This document shows, one piece after another, positions 62,330 through 64,000 of a stretch of 64,000 nt of DNA. The notes beneath the pieces were generated by a model, which saw only the letters and a list, made by a program, of their open reading frames with translations, was not told the DNA's origin and ran no database searches. Positions within the stretch are counted from its first letter, which is position 1. Every line of letters begins with the position of its first letter. The translations under genes and the position numbers were made by a program. Source of the DNA: Octopus bimaculoides (lineage: Eukaryota); NCBI RefSeq assembly GCF_001194135.2, contig NC_068990.1, positions 15,149,208-15,213,207 on the forward strand. Reading direction: 5' to 3'.

Positions 62330-64000
62330 GGTTGGTCTTCATTTCATCCCATGTTTTTCTCAGTTTCCCCCTTCCACAGATTCCATCTACTTTGGAGTGT
62401 TCTTCATAGCTCTATAAATTGTCATGCACCATATGCTTCACATGCCTCACCACTGCAGTCTTCTCCTTTGCACACATCTGACACCTCATCAGGTTTCGTT
62501 TTCTTTTCCTCAATTCACTTGTACACCATCATTCATGCACACAAACAGTATATCATACTTGTTTCATTTCTTCCTCAGTTTTCACAAACCTTCTGCATTC
62601 AAGGTCCATATCCCAAGACTAAGCAGAATTGCATCTTGGACACAAGCATCATACAATATACCCATCACTCTGAAAGAGAAACACTTTGCTAATGGGGAAC
62701 TTTCCAAACTGTTCTTACTCTGGTTACTAAGCTTTTAGAAGATTCACACTCCACTGTATGTTAAATCACCTAGATAAACTTTCAACTACTACAGTCTTCT
62801 GAGTATTTGAAAGAATCTAGTTTTCAGGTACTGCACCAGTCTATTGCTACATATGAAGTCTATCTCCTCTATTAGCCTATCTATGATCCCACAAACTCCT
62901 TGGTCAGTTTATAGTTTACACTGAGTAAACTATGAAATTTCCACCAACTTCTCAGCATAACAAGTATAGCTATTTCCTTTTCATCCCTATTTTTTAGGAA
63001 GGACAGTGATAAAGTCCTTGCTAAGCTTACTTTGAGGCTTCTTGATTCTAGGTTTTGCTTTCATTTTAGGAATTTCTTCTCCAAATCTTCAAGAGTTATC
63101 ACAGCCAGATCATCTATATAACGGAATTTCCCAGGATAGTTGTTTTAAATTCATATGGTATCCTAAAGTACAATGATAAACAGAAGGGGAATGCCAAACC
63201 ATTTGTCCAATCTTCATTTTCTAATCAAACACCAGATTAACAATGTAGAACCCTATCAAAGTCCTTCCCCAGGTCGACAGATGCTAGATACAGTGGCTCA
63301 TTCCAAGGACATCAGTATTTCTTCCTTACAACCTCAAACCTCATCTCACTTAGACTAATTTTGTTCCTAATCAGTTCTGCTATTACTCTTTGTCAGTCAA
63401 TTAGGTGCCTCTCTTGTGTCTGACACCTTCCTGCACTACTGAAAACATGCAACTTGCACATGAGTCACTTTGCCAAATATTCTCTGCATCTCATCAACTG
63501 AAGGCTCTCTTGCTTTCACATCTTCAATCACTTTACTGCTTTCAATTTGGATGGGTGATGCCTCTGTTGGGTCTATTTGAGAGGCTCTTTCTTACTCCTG
63601 TATTCTCATTTAGCTCTTTCAAAACACTTCCATGCCTTTCTTTTTGCTAAGGGCAAGTGTGCAGCTATAATTATTTCTACAAGGTTTCTATTTTGTCTGG
63701 CACAATGTCTTGGGATCCAGAACACCTCATATATATGAATCTCACAGTAAAGAACATGTGAATACTGTTTTATTCTTGCTACCTCTATTCTTTTACTTTT
63801 TTCTAAATCTGCCTGTCTTCATGGCTTCGTCTACAGTAGTCTTCCACAACCATGTCACTGGGACCAGTCACATATATAATCAATGGCCCTCAGCAAGCTT
63901 TCACAGAAACTCAGTTTTCCTCTGTTTAAAAGACCTAATTACCATCCTCCTTCCTATCATAAGCATCAACTAGAAATTCTGAACCTATAACCAACTTATT
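62330..64000 (-). mobile_element. Decayed RTE-type LINE
   Basis: PLYLASVDLGKDFDRV (RT motif) near 63250-63310; RRLQW..G.C.RG..RKTW-like C-terminus near 62350-62480. Confidence 0.75.

Overview
AT-rich, repeat-dense eukaryotic scaffold with 8 N-gaps; the repeat families look like those of an octopus genome (inference from recalled repeats, not verified). The one well-supported host gene is a minus-strand RNF115/RNF126-family RING-H2 E3 ligase. Eight GT-AG coding exons (49113 down to 23086) splice into one open frame of 226 aa plus stop; its first coding exon was not found. The rest is mostly mobile DNA: tRNA-derived SINEs (several with target-site duplications, TSDs), RTE- and CR1-like LINE fragments, a decayed piggyBac transposase, piggyBac-type MITEs, Helitron-like elements and Penelope-like (PLE) remnants. 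Best leads: (1) three hammerhead-ribozyme-like motifs at 2060-2818, two in tandem 510 nt apart; (2) a 2.0-kb TSD-flanked element with only a gag/ORF1-like frame and no RT; (3) a Naiad-like PLE core between ~350-400 bp inverted repeats; (4) an unidentified exon pair just past the RNF poly(A) signal; (5) a decayed copy of the RNF last exon inside its own intron. Coordinates were read by eye; repeat boundaries are approximate.
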